Assembly: GCA_963844035.1 (NCBI GenBank)
Contig: CAWJMT010000003.1
Coordinates: forward strand, 160,001 to 224,000
DNA: 64,000 nucleotides
Origin: an uncultured Gemmatimonadales bacterium
Lineage (GTDB): Bacteria > Gemmatimonadota > Gemmatimonadetes > Gemmatimonadales > GWC2-71-9
Direction: 5' to 3'
Part shown: one piece after another, positions 32,431 to 42,144 of the stretch
How the letters are laid out: every line of letters begins with the position of its first letter
Numbering within the stretch: position 1 is the first letter of the stretch
Translations under genes and position numbers: made by a program
Notes under the pieces: generated by a model
The model's database searches: none
What the model saw: only the letters and a program-made list of their open reading frames with translations
What the model was told of the DNA's origin: nothing

Positions 32431-33640
32431 ACCGGCTGAATTCCTGACGGCGTTTGCCCAGGCGCTCGCCACCATGACCCTCTACGCCGAGGGCCATCCC
32501 GCGCGCGAGCGCGCGATCGACCTGGCGTATCGCGAGCTGCAGGATCTGCAGGCGGACACGCCCCATCCGCTGTTCACGTTTTTGGGCGACGAGATCGTGT
32601 TCGGCCGCCTCCCGCTCCGCGATCTCCGGGCGTGGGACTGGTCGCAGCGCCTGGCGCAGGCCGGGATTCAGCGTCTCGAGTTCGCCGACAACGTGGGACG
32701 CGAGGAGTTCGAGGGGTTTCTCGACGAGCTCCTGGCCCGCCTGACGCTGTCGGCCATCGATACGTCCGAGCAGAACCAGATGCGGCGGTCGAGTATCCGC
32801 TACGGGGCGGTCGGTGTGCGGGGGGATACCGAGTCCGAGCAGCAGCAGCCGCTCCAGACCGCCACGATCAGCTACTCCCTCGCGGAAGAAACCGACACGA
32901 TGCGCTGGATGCATCACGAGGTGAAGGCCACCGGATTGCTGCCACTCGCCGAGGCCGAGGCCGTCGTGCGCTCGTTGTCGGTCGCCATGCACTCCGGACG
33001 CCAGCTCATGATCCCGCTGCTGCAGCTGAAGGAGTTCGATCAGTACACGACCACCCATTCGCTCAACGTATCCGTGCTCGCGATGGCCTTGAGCGAATTC
33101 CTCGGGTTGGGCGCGAAGGATACGCGGGCGTTCGGAATCGCCGGATTGTTACACGATCTCGGGAAGATCCGTATCCCCCTCGACGTGCTCACCAAGCCTG
33201 GCCGGTTCACGGAACAGGAGCGGCAGCTGATGAACCAGCATCCCTCCGACGGCGCCCGCATCATCCTCGGCGCCGCGGAGCGGCTCGACCTTGCGGCGGT
33301 GGTGGCGTACGAGCATCACATCATGCTGAACGGCGACGGGTACCCCGCGATGCGATTCCGGCGGGACTGCCATTTCGGGAGCAAGCTGGTGCACGTGTGC
33401 GATGTATACGACGCCCTGAGGACCACGCGCCCGTACCGCGATGCCTGGCCGCAGGAGCGCACCGTGGCGTATCTCGAAGGGCGGAGCGGCTTGGAGTTCG
33501 ATGCCGAGATCGTCTCCGCCTTTACGCGAATGATGCGGGAGCGGGAACCGCAGTTGGCAGTCATGCGCGACGAGAATGCGCCCTTAGAGGGGGCGCAGGA
33601 GCCGTCTCCTCCTTCCCCGGCACCGGTACCCCCGGCGTGA
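32423..33640 (+). CDS. HD-GYP cyclic-dinucleotide phosphodiesterase with N-terminal LYAxxHP domain
   Basis: YTTTHSLNV, LLHDLGK, EHHIMLNGDGYP, CDVYDAL, RPYR. Confidence 0.92.
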   Translation: MSEPAEFLTAFAQALATMTLYAEGHPARERAIDLAYRELQDLQADTPHPLFTFLGDEIVFGRLPLRDLRAWDWSQRLAQAGIQRLEFADNVGREEFEGFLDELLARLTLSAIDTSEQNQMRRSSIRYGAVGVRGDTESEQQQPLQTATISYSLAEETDTMRWMHHEVKATGLLPLAEAEAVVRSLSVAMHSGRQLMIPLLQLKEFDQYTTTHSLNVSVLAMALSEFLGLGAKDTRAFGIAGLLHDLGKIRIPLDVLTKPGRFTEQERQLMNQHPSDGARIILGAAERLDLAAVVAYEHHIMLNGDGYPAMRFRRDCHFGSKLVHVCDVYDALRTTRPYRDAWPQERTVAYLEGRSGLEFDAEIVSAFTRMMREREPQLAVMRDENAPLEGAQEPSPPSPAPVPPA

Positions 33641-33699
33641 GCCCCCCTTCGCGGGGTGACTATGTTGTGCGACTGGGGTAACAAGCTCGGGAGGAAACC

Positions 33700-34092
33700 G
33701 TGGCGCGTTGGTCGTTCTGGATCATCTGCTTCTTATCGCTTACCGGTGGCCTGGTGGCCCAGACCACGGTCAAGCCCGGCCGCGTCCGTCTCGAAGGGGA
33801 TTGGCAGGCGAAAACCGACGACGGCATCCGGCACATCAGTGTCCGCGCCGACAGCTCGGCGCAGTTCGGCGACCAGGTGGCGCGCTGGCGGGTGGTCGGG
33901 GACAGCCTGTGGCTGACGCTGGGGGACGGCGTGTGGATGGTGTACGCCTACGCGGTCAAACAGGACAAACTGACGATCTCGGGGGGCGACCTCAAGAAAC
34001 CGGCGACGCTGCGTCGCGTGGGACCGGCCAGCGCGCGGCCCGACACCCTGACCATTCCGGAAGCACCGCCCGATACCGCGCGCGCCTGGTGA
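33700..34092 (+). CDS. Small secreted beta-rich protein
   Basis: GGAGG RBS, signal peptide, LEGDWQ strand motif. Confidence 0.7.
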   Translation: MARWSFWIICFLSLTGGLVAQTTVKPGRVRLEGDWQAKTDDGIRHISVRADSSAQFGDQVARWRVVGDSLWLTLGDGVWMVYAYAVKQDKLTISGGDLKKPATLRRVGPASARPDTLTIPEAPPDTARAW

Positions 34093-34099
34093 TGCGCCC

Positions 34100-35983
34100 C
34101 TAGCTCTTCATCTCCCGTACGCTCGCGACGCGCCAGCCGATGGGCGTCTTGATGAACCGCATCTCCAGGGACGCACGCTCTTCCCGCTGAGCGCCGCCCG
34201 CCGCCGGCAAGAACCGGTACTCGGCGCGCACCGTCGCGCCGGCATTGCTCCCCTGCACGCGGATCGTGTCGGTCGCGAAGGTGGCTTCGAGCTTCGACGC
34301 CCGCCGGAAGAAACTCCGCCAGCTCGCCGCATCCCGCTCGGTCATCGAAGGAAACAACTGCTTCAGGTTGGTCACGCGCTCGCTGCCCACGGCGCGCGCG
34401 AGGTCGAGGAGCAGCACGCCGATCGCGGCGTGCGGGGCGTCCGGCTGCGGGCTTGGGGGTGCGACACCGGCGGCAACCCCGACGCGCTCCGCGTCCTGGG
34501 CGGCGGACGCCGCGAGCGGATAGTCCATCTCGGCATAGAGCGATTCCGCCCGCGCAAGCGACGTGGCGGCGCGGGTCGCCGCGTCGAGCGGCGTGGCGAG
34601 GCCTTTGACCACCGGCGTCGCGCGCGCGATCGCCAGCTCCGCCTCCTTGCGGAGCCGTTCGACCTCCGCTCGCGCCTTGCGGTACTGGGCCACGGCGCTG
34701 AGATAGGCGCCGGATGCACGGCTGTGGTCGCCACTGCGGATCCCCTGTTCGGCGGTCAGGAGCATGGTTTCCGCCAACACCCCGGCGGGCACGTTGTTCT
34801 TGATGGCGCCGACGCGTTCGCTGCGCTGCCGCGCTTTGAGTGCGGAGTCGCGCAACGCGACGAGCGTGCCGCTCAGGCCTTCGGGCAGAGGCGCGCCCAC
34901 CAGCTCGTTCAGCGTGGTCGGAGCGACGGGCGCTGGCTGGACCACGGGGTCCGCGGCCGGGGCGGGTGGGAGCGGCGCGGGTACCGCGGGCTGTGCCGTC
35001 TTCTGTGACAGGTAGATCAGTCCCACGACGCCCACCACCAGACCGGAAACGGCAGCGACCCGCCACCGCGGCGGCGTGCGCGTGACGAGTCGCAGCACGG
35101 GCGCGGGGAGCGGCATCCAGCGCGGGTTCAGGCGCTGCGTCGCATCCGTCGCGCCCGACAAGGCGGAGCGAATTCCGAGCAGCACCTGCTGCATCTGGCG
35201 GGCGCTGTGGTACCGATCCTCCGGCACTTTGCTGAGCGCCTTGGAGACCACGCGCTCGAGCGCTGCCGGGATCGACGGCGCCATGGTGCGGAGCGGTTTC
35301 GGCTCGGTCGTCAACACCTGGTAGAGCACGCCATGCACCGTGTCCCCCTCGAACGGCTTGTGGTAGGTCAGCAGCTCGTACAGCAGGCATCCCACGGAGA
35401 ACAAATCGGTGGCGGCCGTGATCGGTCCGTTGGTCACCTGTTCAGGCGCCATGTAGTTCGGCGTGCCCACGATCGCGCCCGAGCCCGTTGCATCGGCCGA
35501 CTGCAGCCGCGCGATGCCGAAGTCCATGATCTTCACCCGTCCATCGGCGGCGATGCGCACGTTGGACGGCTTGATATCGCGGTGAATGACGCCGCGTTCG
35601 TGCGCGTAGGTGAGCCCCTCGAGCACTTCGATCACCATGTCGAGTTTGCGCTCCAGGTCCAGCGGCTCCATGCTGGAGATCATGTCACTCAGGTCGCGTC
35701 CCTCTACCAGCTCCATGGCGATGTAGAGCTGGCCTTCGGCTTCGCCCAGGTCGTACAGCGTGACGAGGTTGGGATGCTGGAGCACGCCGGCAGCGCGCGC
35801 TTCGCGGAGGAAGCGCTCCCGCGCGTCAGTCGTCTTGCCGACAGGGGTGGGGAGAAGCTTTAGTGCGACGTAACGGCGGATGACTGTGTCGTATGCCTTC
35901 CACACGACTCCCATCGCACCTTCGCCGATGAGGTCGTGCAATTCGAACTTGCTGACGCGGCGATACCGTTCCGTCTTGGTCAC
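34100..35983 (-). CDS. Hanks-type Ser/Thr kinase with TM and extracytoplasmic domain
   Basis: IGEGAMGVV, VALK, HRDIKPSN, DFGIAR, GTPNYMAPE, TM VAAVSGLVVGVVGLIYL. Confidence 0.95.
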   Translation of the reverse strand: MTKTERYRRVSKFELHDLIGEGAMGVVWKAYDTVIRRYVALKLLPTPVGKTTDARERFLREARAAGVLQHPNLVTLYDLGEAEGQLYIAMELVEGRDLSDMISSMEPLDLERKLDMVIEVLEGLTYAHERGVIHRDIKPSNVRIAADGRVKIMDFGIARLQSADATGSGAIVGTPNYMAPEQVTNGPITAATDLFSVGCLLYELLTYHKPFEGDTVHGVLYQVLTTEPKPLRTMAPSIPAALERVVSKALSKVPEDRYHSARQMQQVLLGIRSALSGATDATQRLNPRWMPLPAPVLRLVTRTPPRWRVAAVSGLVVGVVGLIYLSQKTAQPAVPAPLPPAPAADPVVQPAPVAPTTLNELVGAPLPEGLSGTLVALRDSALKARQRSERVGAIKNNVPAGVLAETMLLTAEQGIRSGDHSRASGAYLSAVAQYRKARAEVERLRKEAELAIARATPVVKGLATPLDAATRAATSLARAESLYAEMDYPLAASAAQDAERVGVAAGVAPPSPQPDAPHAAIGVLLLDLARAVGSERVTNLKQLFPSMTERDAASWRSFFRRASKLEATFATDTIRVQGSNAGATVRAEYRFLPAAGGAQREERASLEMRFIKTPIGWRVASVREMKS

Positions 35984-36052
35984 AGGGTTAGGAATTCTGA
36001 ATCTTGTCCAATCTGTGCAGCATATGGCAGGGCGGCAACTGCGGCGGGCCCC

Positions 36053-37222
36053 TCAGCGGGTGGCCCAGTCGTACACACGTCCAAGAGCGGCGCTGGTCGG
36101 CGGGTCCACCGCCACGTCGCGGCGCGGGAGTACGCGCCCGGCGACGGTAAGAAACCCCTCCCGGGTGACCCGCGTCGTCGCCGTTCCTCCCCAGGCGAAC
36201 GGTGCGACGTACTTCGGGGGCCGCACGGTATCGAACACATTGGCGCCCGTCCCGACCACGGTGCCGGTGTCGAGCAGCGTCCCGGTCGCGGTCTTGGCGT
36301 GGTCCCCGATGAGGCTGCCGAGGTTCGTCAGGCCGGTCTGGATCGTCGCGCTGCCGACGCGGAGGCGCACCGGGCCGTAGGTGTTCTTGAGGTTGGACGT
36401 GATGGTGCCGGCGCCCAGGTTTGCCCAGCGTCCCACGACGGAGTGGCCGACGAACCCGTCATGCGCCTTGTTGGCGAACCCGAGGAATACACACGCGGTC
36501 ATTTCCCCCCGGATGGTGCAGCGCGGACCGAAGGCCGACGCGCCGATCCGGCCGCCGAGTAGCCTGGTACTCGGCCCCGCCCAGAGCGGTCCTTCGAGTC
36601 GCGTTCCCGCCATGACCTCGACGCCGGCCTCGAGCACGATCGCGCCCGCGCGCGCGTCGAACACCACGCCCGGCTCGACCGCGGCCCCGCGCAGCCACAC
36701 CGCGGCCGGGTCGCCCAACACGGTGCTGCCTCGGGGCACGGGATCACCGTCGCCGCAGCGCGCGGCCGCGTCCTCTCCGAGCAGGTGAGGCAGCGTGCGC
36801 ACCAGATCGTACACGCCGCGCAGCACCACGCCGCGCACGTCGACGCCCGAGGCGCCTTGCTGCGGCCCCTCCCAGGTCATCCCGGCGCCCACGCCCCAGC
36901 CCACCGTGACCCCGTCGCAGGTGAGCCGGAACGCGCCCGCAGGAAACGCCGGCGCGGCGCCCAGCGGGACGAAGGTGGACGATCCGATGAGCGCCGGCCC
37001 GGTGACGGGGTGCCGGTCCGTCACGGATGGCACCCCCGGCTCGATGAATCCGGCGAGGTGGGGCAGGGCGAAGATCTCGCGGGTCTCCGCGCCGAGGAAG
37101 CGCTCCCATCGTTCGCGCACGAGGTACGCGCCCGCGCGCAGCTCCGACAACGGACGGGCCCCGGCGAACGGCGCCCAGGCGGGCGTTGCCTCCGGGTCCA
37201 GCAGGTAGAGGGCGTGGGTCAC
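36053..37222 (-). CDS. GlmU-like putative sugar nucleotidyltransferase with left-handed beta-helix
   Basis: PFAGARPLSELRAG, ANKAHDGFVGHSVVGRWANLGAGT..SNLKNTY hexapeptide region. Confidence 0.85.
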   Translation of the reverse strand: MTHALYLLDPEATPAWAPFAGARPLSELRAGAYLVRERWERFLGAETREIFALPHLAGFIEPGVPSVTDRHPVTGPALIGSSTFVPLGAAPAFPAGAFRLTCDGVTVGWGVGAGMTWEGPQQGASGVDVRGVVLRGVYDLVRTLPHLLGEDAAARCGDGDPVPRGSTVLGDPAAVWLRGAAVEPGVVFDARAGAIVLEAGVEVMAGTRLEGPLWAGPSTRLLGGRIGASAFGPRCTIRGEMTACVFLGFANKAHDGFVGHSVVGRWANLGAGTITSNLKNTYGPVRLRVGSATIQTGLTNLGSLIGDHAKTATGTLLDTGTVVGTGANVFDTVRPPKYVAPFAWGGTATTRVTREGFLTVAGRVLPRRDVAVDPPTSAALGRVYDWATR

Positions 37223-38229
37223 AGGTCTTGCACGAGCTGTTTCAGTCGATCGGCGCGGCCGGTCGGCATGACCAGGGTGTGCCCGTTGGCCCGCACGACC
37301 ACCATGTCCTCGACTCCGGTGACGGCGAGGTGCTCGCTCTCCGACCAGATGACCGATCGCTTGACGTCCTCGCCCACCGTCACATGGCCGACGATCACGT
37401 TGCCGCGTGCATCGGTGCGCCGGATGCGCAGCAGCGCATCCCAGGAGCCGATGTCGTCCCAGCGGAATCCGCCGGCGACGACGGCCAACCGCTTGGTCCG
37501 CTCGAGTACCGCGACGTCCACCGCCGCCGGCCGTACCGCACCGAAGAATCCGGGAATGTCGCCCGCGGCGAGCGCGGGCCACCCCGATTTGAGCTCGCGG
37601 GCGTACGCGCCGGCTTCGCCTAGAAAGCGCGCCACCCCCCAGGCGAATAGCCCGGTATTCCATAATGCCCCCCGCTGCCGCAACAGGGCCGCGCGCGCCG
37701 CCCGCGGCTTCTCGACGAAGCGACGCACGGTGCGCGCGGTGCCGAGCGGCTTGCCGGGAACGATGTACCCGTACCCCGACTCATTGCGGGTGGGTTTCAC
37801 GCCGACGGTGACGAGGACGTCGTATTCCTCCGCCACGCCCAGCGCCGTGCGGGCGGCGCTGCGGAAGGCGCGGTCGTCGCCCACGGCCCAGTCCGCGTGG
37901 AGCGAGAGCATGTGCGCGCCGGGGTCCTGGTGCGAAATCCAGTCGGCGGCCCAGACGAGGGCGGGCGCCGTGGAGGCCGCGCGCGGCTCGCCGAAGATCT
38001 GCGCCCGCGGCACTTGAGGGAGCAACGCAGCGATCTGATCGGCCAGGGACGGGGAGGTCAGGATCACGATCCGCTCCGGTGGCACGAGGCCGTCCAGGCG
38101 GTTCACTGCCTGAACGAGCAGCGGCCGGTCTCCGGCGAGCGGCAGCAGTTGTTTCGGCCGGTCGGGCAGGGACAGCGGCCAGAACCGCGTGCCGCTCCCC
38201 CCCGCGAGGATCGCTGCCCAGACGCTCAC
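37219..38229 (-). CDS. manC: Mannose-1-phosphate guanylyltransferase
   Basis: ILAGGSGTRFWPLS..PKQ, GEP...TAPA, GYGYI, FVEKP, WNTG, WDDIGSW. Confidence 0.9.
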   Translation of the reverse strand: MSVWAAILAGGSGTRFWPLSLPDRPKQLLPLAGDRPLLVQAVNRLDGLVPPERIVILTSPSLADQIAALLPQVPRAQIFGEPRAASTAPALVWAADWISHQDPGAHMLSLHADWAVGDDRAFRSAARTALGVAEEYDVLVTVGVKPTRNESGYGYIVPGKPLGTARTVRRFVEKPRAARAALLRQRGALWNTGLFAWGVARFLGEAGAYARELKSGWPALAAGDIPGFFGAVRPAAVDVAVLERTKRLAVVAGGFRWDDIGSWDALLRIRRTDARGNVIVGHVTVGEDVKRSVIWSESEHLAVTGVEDMVVVRANGHTLVMPTGRADRLKQLVQDL

Positions 38230-38654
38230 GGCACGTACCCCGATCGCGGTGGCGTCACAGGCGGAGCAGGCGCCGCGGCGGGCAGCAGTGCGTCGATCCT
38301 TGCGACGAGCTTGGTGGGACTGAAGGGCTTGGTAAGCAGCGCGGCGCCGAGCAGGCGGACGGCTTCATGAACGCGGTCCTCGTCTTCGCCGGTCAGGACC
38401 AGCACGGGGAGGGCGCGGTGCTCGGGGGTGGCGCGCAGCTGGCGCAGCCAATCCAGCCCCGATCCATCGGGCAAGTGGAGGTCGAGCAGCAGTACATCGA
38501 CCGGGGCCGCCGGTGCGGCAAGCGCCGCACGGGCCGCCGTCAACGTACGGGCCAGGCTCACACGATAGTTCAGGTGCTCGAGATGCGGGCGCAGCAGGAG
38601 CCCGATGTGGGGTTCATCGTCCACGACGAGGATGTGCCGCGACGCAGACGCCAC
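38226..38654 (-). CDS. Single-domain response regulator (REC)
   Basis: ILVVDDE, LLDLHLPDGSG, VLT, KPF; no output domain. Confidence 0.92.
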   Translation of the reverse strand: MASASRHILVVDDEPHIGLLLRPHLEHLNYRVSLARTLTAARAALAAPAAPVDVLLLDLHLPDGSGLDWLRQLRATPEHRALPVLVLTGEDEDRVHEAVRLLGAALLTKPFSPTKLVARIDALLPAAAPAPPVTPPRSGYVP

Positions 38655-38666
38655 GAATTGGGGCGA

Positions 38667-39020
38667 TTAGAGCAGCCGCGCGATGGCCGTGCGATGGCGG
38701 CGGAGATCGTACAGCAACGCTCCAACGTTGGTGGACGGCTGTACCAGCACGATCAGTAGGCAGTCGGAGTTGAGGACGCTGATGACCGCGATGCCGGCGC
38801 CGAACTCCAGCACGCCGGTGTCGAACTCGCCTCGTTGGCCGGCGTGACCGAGTTGGGCCAGACCGTTGATCGCCGAGGGCAGGAGTGCAGCGACGCTCTC
38901 GGGGTCCGTGCCGTTGGCCGTCCGGGCATCGATCGGGAGCCCGTCGCGGCCTACTACCACCACGGCATCGACCCCAGCGCGCCGGCTCAGCGCCTCGACA
39001 ACATCCCGGATCGTCGCCAC
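38667..39020 (-). CDS. Roadblock/LC7 (MglB-like) protein
   Basis: GVDAVVVVGRDGLPI, ESVAAL, VLEFGAG, NVGALLYDL. Confidence 0.88.
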   Translation of the reverse strand: MATIRDVVEALSRRAGVDAVVVVGRDGLPIDARTANGTDPESVAALLPSAINGLAQLGHAGQRGEFDTGVLEFGAGIAVISVLNSDCLLIVLVQPSTNVGALLYDLRRHRTAIARLL

Positions 39021-39027
39021 GGCGGCC

Positions 39028-39056
39028 AAGCTAGACCTGGCCGAGAGCGAAGTCAA
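39028..39056 (-). promoter_or_regulatory. sigma70 promoter, probably leaderless, for the roadblock operon
   Basis: Minus strand TTGACT-17 nt-TAGCTT, 7 nt before GTG. Confidence 0.72.
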
Positions 39057-39070
39057 GCTGGGATCATGGG

Positions 39071-39100
39071 TTGACCCACGTGGCATGCGCCGGGTAGTTT
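39071..39100 (+). promoter_or_regulatory. sigma70 promoter for lipoprotein-serS
   Basis: TTGACC-18 nt-TAGTTT, 8 nt before ATG 39109. Confidence 0.62.
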
Positions 39101-39108
39101 CCCGCCGA

Positions 39109-39690
39109 ATGTCTCCCCTCTGCCGCTCCGCGGCTTTTCTCATTGCTATCATCGGCCTGGTCTGGTCCGGCGCGTGCAAGTCGCCGCAGGAACTGCCCAA
39201 CGCGTCGGTTGTGAACAGGGTGGACACCGTCACGCTGTATTCGCTCAGCGGGACGCCGGTCGGTACGCCGTCCGGGTATTCCCTCGTCGGGCCGGTGATC
39301 ATCGACGTCGGCGTACCCCCCCTAGTCCCCGGGGAATGGTTCGACTTCGCGTTCAACATCGACTCCCAGCCCGTGCTGTTGCCGAGCGGCACATTTCCGG
39401 GACTTCCCAACGTCGCGGGGCTGCAGGTGTCCAACGCGACGGCGTTCCCGGCGATAACGCTCGCGCCGGTCGAGGGCTACGTGATCGACAAACCCCTGGT
39501 GATCAGCGTCGGGATGCTGGTGCTGGTGCGGTCGCGCAACTTTCTCTGCAGCGACGGAACCAACCATTCGTTCTATGCCAAGCTGCACGTGCTGGGCATC
39601 AACCTGCAGGCTCGCACCGTGACGTACGAGGTCATGGTGAACCTGAATTGCGGCTACCTCTCGCTCAAGCCCGGCCTCCCCGAAGAGTAG
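39109..39690 (+). CDS. Putative lipoprotein
   Basis: Signal ending WSGAC; beta-rich body with two further Cys. Confidence 0.75.
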   Translation: MSPLCRSAAFLIAIIGLVWSGACKSPQELPNASVVNRVDTVTLYSLSGTPVGTPSGYSLVGPVIIDVGVPPLVPGEWFDFAFNIDSQPVLLPSGTFPGLPNVAGLQVSNATAFPAITLAPVEGYVIDKPLVISVGMLVLVRSRNFLCSDGTNHSFYAKLHVLGINLQARTVTYEVMVNLNCGYLSLKPGLPEE

Positions 39691-39694
39691 GACC

Positions 39695-40981
39695 GTGATC
39701 GATCTCAAGCTCCTGCGCACCTCGCCAGACCAGGTGCGCGCCGCGCTCGCACGCCGCGGCGATCCTGGGGTCGGGAAACTGTTGGACGAGCTCGAGGCGC
39801 TCGACATCCGGCGCCGCACGGTCACCGGCCAGCTGGACCAGATCAAGGCGGAGCGCAACGACGCGGCCCGCGCCGACGCCAAATTGATGAAAGAGCAGGG
39901 CGCGATCCCGCCCGACGTGCTGGCCCAGCGCAAACAACTCGGCGCCCGCATCAGCGCACTCGAAGGCGAGCAGCGCGACATCGAAGCGACCCTCGAAGCC
40001 AAGGGCCTGTTCGTTCCCAACCTGCCCCTTCCCGACCTGCCCGATGGAGACGCATCGGGTAACCGGATCGTGCGCACCTGGGGTGCGCCCGCCCCCGCCG
40101 GCGGACGGCCGCACTGGGAGATCGGCGAGCGGCTGGGGATCATGGACCTGACGCGGGGAGCGAAACTGTCGGGCTCTGGCTTCCCGGTGTTCGTGGGCAG
40201 CGGCGCCAAACTGGTGCGGGCGCTCATCAATTTCATGCTCGACCTCCACGGGCGCGAGCACGGCTACGTGGAAGTCGAACCGCCCTTCGTCGTGCGACGC
40301 GAGACCATGCAGGGGACCGGACAGCTTCCCAAGTTCGAATCCGAAGCGTACCGCACCACGCCGGACGAGCTGTACTTGATCCCCACGGCCGAGGTGCCGC
40401 TCACCAACCTGCATCGCAACGAGATCATCGACGGCGCGCTGTTGCCGTTCGGGTACACGGCCTACACCCCGTGCTTCCGGCGCGAGGCGGGCGCGGCCGG
40501 GAAGGACACGCGGGGACTGCTGCGCGTTCACCAGTTCGATAAAGTCGAGCTGGTGCGATTCTGCGCCGCCGCCGATTCGCCGGTCGAGCACGAGAAGCTC
40601 ACGGCGCACGCCGAAGCGGTGCTCCAGCGGCTGGAGCTGCCGTACCGCGTGGTGCTGCTCGCCGCGGGGGATGTGGGGTTCGCGAGCGCCAAGACGTACG
40701 ATCTCGAGGTGTGGGCTCCCGGGGTCGGGCAGTGGCTCGAAGTCTCGAGCTCGAGCACGTTCACCGACTTCCAGGCGCGGCGCGCGAATATCCGTTACCG
40801 CCCACGCGCGGGTGAGAAGCCGGAGTTCGTGCACACGCTGAACGCATCCGGTGTGGCCCTGCCACGCACTATCGCCGCGCTGCTCGAGACCGGCCAGCGG
40901 CCCGACGGATCGGTCTCGCTCCCACTGGCGCTGGCTCCTTATATGGGGGCCGATCGCCTCGCGCCGGTCGGTGGCGCGTAA
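39695..40981 (+). CDS. serS: Serine--tRNA ligase
   Basis: [46 protein letters not shown]. Confidence 0.98.
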   Translation: MIDLKLLRTSPDQVRAALARRGDPGVGKLLDELEALDIRRRTVTGQLDQIKAERNDAARADAKLMKEQGAIPPDVLAQRKQLGARISALEGEQRDIEATLEAKGLFVPNLPLPDLPDGDASGNRIVRTWGAPAPAGGRPHWEIGERLGIMDLTRGAKLSGSGFPVFVGSGAKLVRALINFMLDLHGREHGYVEVEPPFVVRRETMQGTGQLPKFESEAYRTTPDELYLIPTAEVPLTNLHRNEIIDGALLPFGYTAYTPCFRREAGAAGKDTRGLLRVHQFDKVELVRFCAAADSPVEHEKLTAHAEAVLQRLELPYRVVLLAAGDVGFASAKTYDLEVWAPGVGQWLEVSSSSTFTDFQARRANIRYRPRAGEKPEFVHTLNASGVALPRTIAALLETGQRPDGSVSLPLALAPYMGADRLAPVGGA

Positions 40982-42144
40982 CGGCCGACTGAGCCGCGCG
41001 GGTCCCCCGGCCGTCCTCGGGCTGGCACTACTCCTGGGGACCCTGTCAGCCGGCTACACCTGGGTCATGGTGCGCCACCTGCGGGACGACGCCCGCGAAA
41101 CGGGACGGCTGCTCGGCCGCGCCTTCGTGGGGCTGAACGACCCGCGCCCCGACGCGGCCACCAACGCGCTCCTGGACCTCGCGACGCAGGCGCGCGCGCT
41201 CGGCATCCCGATCGCCGTTACCGATGATTCGGGACGCATCACGGCGATGGACAACGCCCCCGCCGACCTGGCGCACAGCACGGACACGGCCCGACTGCGG
41301 CAATGGATCGAGCAGCTCGACGCGATCGACCCGCCCGTCGTACAGCCGGGCGTCGGCACCATTCACTACGGCGTGCTCCCGGAAAGGCGCCGTGTCATCC
41401 TGCTCGCCGGACTGCAGGCGGTGCTGTTCCTGTGTCTCGCCACGCTCGCGGTGTGGGCCTATCGCGCACAGGTGGCCGGCACGCGCGATCGGCTCTGGGT
41501 GGCGATGGCGCGGGAGTCGGCGCATCAGCTGGGCACGCCGCTGATGAGTCTCACGGGATGGATTGGATACCTGCGGGAGAATCCCGATACGCCCGGCCGG
41601 GAGTTGATCGCCCATCTTGAAGCGGACGCGGAGCGTCTGGAGCGGGTCGCCAAACGGTTCGAGCGCATCGGGCGCATCGCCGGGAAAGAGCGCGTCGCAC
41701 TCGGTGCGGTGGCCGAACGGGTGGTCGCCTATTTCCGCCCCCGGCTCCCGACGCTCGCGAGCGCCGTCACGCTCGATCTCGCCGCCTCGGGGCCCGGCCC
41801 GTGGACGTTGGGCGATCCCGTGCTGGTCGAGTGGGCCTTCGAGTCCCTCATCAAGAACGCGCTCGACGCGCTGAGCGGACGCGGCGGTCTCATCGCCGTG
41901 CGGGTCGAGGCGGTGGGGGGAGCGGCGCGCGTCACCGTGCGCGACGACGGCCCCGGTGTGTGCCCCCGAAGTGCGGGCTCGACTGTTCGAGCCCGGGGTG
42001 TCCACGAAGCCGGGAGGGTGGGGACTTGGCCTGGCACTCACGCGGCGCATCGTGGAGCAGCAACATGGGGGACGCGTGCACTACCGCCCGGCGTCCACCG
42101 GCAGCGAGTTCGTGCTCGAATTCCCGATAGTCGCGTCCTCATGA
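40971..42144 (+). CDS. Membrane sensor histidine kinase (frameshift near 41960)
   Basis: Two TMs, H-box [14 protein letters not shown]-box [25 protein letters not shown]. Confidence 0.9.
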
